A DNA stretch of 63,582 bases, the filler included, from Hyphochytrium catenoides (lineage: Eukaryota; Protista; Hyphochytriomycota), in assembly GCA_900088475.1 (NCBI GenBank). It is 5 parts of 5 records of this genome, joined end to end, with 100 filler letters (N's around TTAATTAATTAA, not from the genome) between each part and the next. Parts side by side here need not be neighbours in the genome. Positions count along the whole stretch, not along the records: positions 61,833 to 63,582 come from FLMG01001150.1; 4 more parts are not named here. The stretch is one strand, 5' to 3'. The stretch's first letter is position 1. The number at the start of each line of letters is the position of its first letter. Of the stretch, positions 61,833 through 63,582 are shown one piece after another. The translations under genes were made by a program, and so were the position numbers. The notes below the pieces were generated by a model. That model worked only from the letters and a program-made list of their open reading frames with translations. It did no database searches and was not told the DNA's origin.

Positions 61833-63569
61833 GGTGCTGCATCGTTTACCTCGATGACAATATAGTACACAGCCCTAGCTTTGACCAACACCTTCTCGAC
61901 GTAAAAGAGGTCATAACTAAATATGCCAATGCCGGTTTCCGCTTTAGCTTAACAAAAACCAAGCTCGCCAAAAATGCATGCGACTGCTTGGGCCATTATA
62001 CAGATGGCAACATAACTAGACCTCTAATAACCAAAACAGAGGCAATAAATAACAGGCCGCCGCCTGAATCAAGAGACGAACTCCGCTCTTGGATACAACT
62101 GTGCAACTACTACCGCAAATATATAAACCAATTTGCAGTCGTAGCACACCCATTATATCAACTGCTAAAGAAAGACAGCAAGTTTGATTTCCGCAAAGAC
62201 TGGAAGCCAGAATCAAAAGAGCTCCAGGCCTTTAACAAATTAAAAGCACTGCTAACAGCAGAGCCAATAATGCTTCATCACCCAGACCCCAACAGAGAGT
62301 ACATCCTCCATGTGGATGGCAGCCAAAATGGCTATGGGGCTATCCTTTGTCAAGAAGACGAGGACCAAAACGAAAGGATAATTGCTTACTGGTCCAAGGT
62401 CCACAAAAGCAAAGTCCGCAGTCACTACTTTGAGATAAAAGCTCTAGTAGAGGCAATCAAACACTTCAAATACTACTTACTGGGGACACCTATCTTCCAC
62501 GTAGTAGGAGACCATAAACCATTGACCGCCTTAATGAGTAAAGAAGCTGAAGGAGTAAAAAAAGAGTGGAAACACTACCTCCAAAGCTATAACTTTACCT
62601 ATAACTATAGGCGAGGTACGGAGATCCCGTCCGACTATCTTAGTAGACCTTCTCAGTCACAAATTAAAGCTGACTCTAAAGAGGAGCTACCAAGGCTAAA
62701 GACACACAACGGCCGACCATTGATTGCTTATAAAGACAGCATTCGGTTAGCGCCACAGGTCATAGCTTCAATAATAACAGATATACCTCCAGAAAGCACA
62801 GAGGTCTATGCTATCGAAAACCTCACCGATAGCCTAGCTGTTGAACAAGCTACTGATCCTGCCATCACAAATATTATCAACAAACTCCGGCAACCAATAC
62901 CGGAAGAGCAAAATCGAAAGTACTGCCCTCAAACAACAACAGGTCAGACAACAAAAACGACAACAAAAATATCGGGAAGAGCTACTTAGGCTCCACCGAG
63001 ATTACGAGATAAGAAACAATAGCGAGCTCTGGCGCAAACCACCAGCAGCCAACGCTAACAAAAGCATCGCTTCACACCTCAGAACAATAGAAACGGTGCC
63101 CGTGATACCAAACAAATGGGTACCAAAGTTCATAGAAAGAGCGCATGTAGACCTACTCGGTCACAGAAGTGCAAATTGCACAGTTGCCTTCCTCCGCCAA
63201 CAAATCTACTGGCTGGGCCCATCCATGCTAAAAACAGTAAAGCACTGGATCGAGAAGTGCAAAATCTGTGGACTACACCCATTCACAAACAAAATGATCA
63301 CTGAACAATATTCAATGATCCCCTTAAGAAGGAATCACGTACACATTATGGATCATATAGACAAGCTCCCTAAAACAAAAAGGGGGAACACTTGCGCTAT
63401 TATCCTGCACGATCCCTTCGATGATCTTACCAAATGTGCCAAAAAACAAATCGGCACAAGACACAGCGTACCAAATTTGGGAACACTGGGTGGCTCACAG
63501 ATCCAATCGGCGGTTTCCCTGAAATACTACAGCACGACGCACATAATACGTTCCTGTCTGACGTTATAA
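61833..63569 (+). mobile_element. Ty3/Gypsy LTR retrotransposon pol fragment (RT end, RNase H, integrase HHCC and start of core), degenerate
   Basis: CIVYLDD at ~61838; ELRSWIQLCNYYRKYINQFAVVAHPLYQLLKKD; ILHVDGSQNGYGAILCQ; GDHKPL; frameshift ~62900; AHVDLLGH...CKIC; MDHIDKLPKTKRGN. RT-RH-IN order is diagnostic of Gypsy. Confidence 0.92.
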
Positions 63570-63582
63570 AATGTTTACGTGA

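Noticed and set aside
1-63582. CRISPR arrays, rRNA or tRNA genes
   Set aside because: No repeat-spacer array or recognisable RNA gene seen by eye; tRNAscan-SE and Infernal would be needed to exclude small RNAs.

Overview
Eukaryotic genomic DNA, probably from a unicellular protist: intron-rich, GT-AG introns, CTAAC/CTGAC branch points, standard code. It is five contig pieces joined by four artificial 100-nt N44-TTAATTAATTAA-N44 spacers, so adjacency across spacers is unproven. Contig 1 (1-12536): a short VxF...WY-motif protein, a multi-exon diacylglycerol lipase (DAGL-like) and a 3-exon secreted protein with a Pro/Ser/Thr linker. Contig 2 (12637-24061): a GA/CT microsatellite-rich stretch hiding three paralogous two-exon genes, each a bZIP-like leucine zipper fused to a SnoaL/NTF2-like domain, with one identically placed phase-2 intron. 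Contig 3 (24162-52361): a 4-exon multipass membrane protein with an internally duplicated TM module plus a truncated paralog, a GCA/GGA repeat, a ~16.8 kb IP3-receptor-family channel gene (altered filter GGGIGG, degraded IP3-binding residues) and a convergent spliced PH-domain gene not assembled in the ORF track. Contig 4 (52462-61732): an intronless subtilisin, a 5'-truncated DIRS-type retrotransposon (RT, RNase H, Dam-like methylase, tyrosine recombinase) abutting a PIF/Harbinger transposon. Contig 5: a degenerate Ty3/Gypsy pol fragment. The best candidates for undescribed biology are the zipper-SnoaL gene trio, the non-canonical IP3R with its PH neighbour, and the duplicated-domain membrane protein family. 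All family assignments come from motif recognition by eye; no database search was run.
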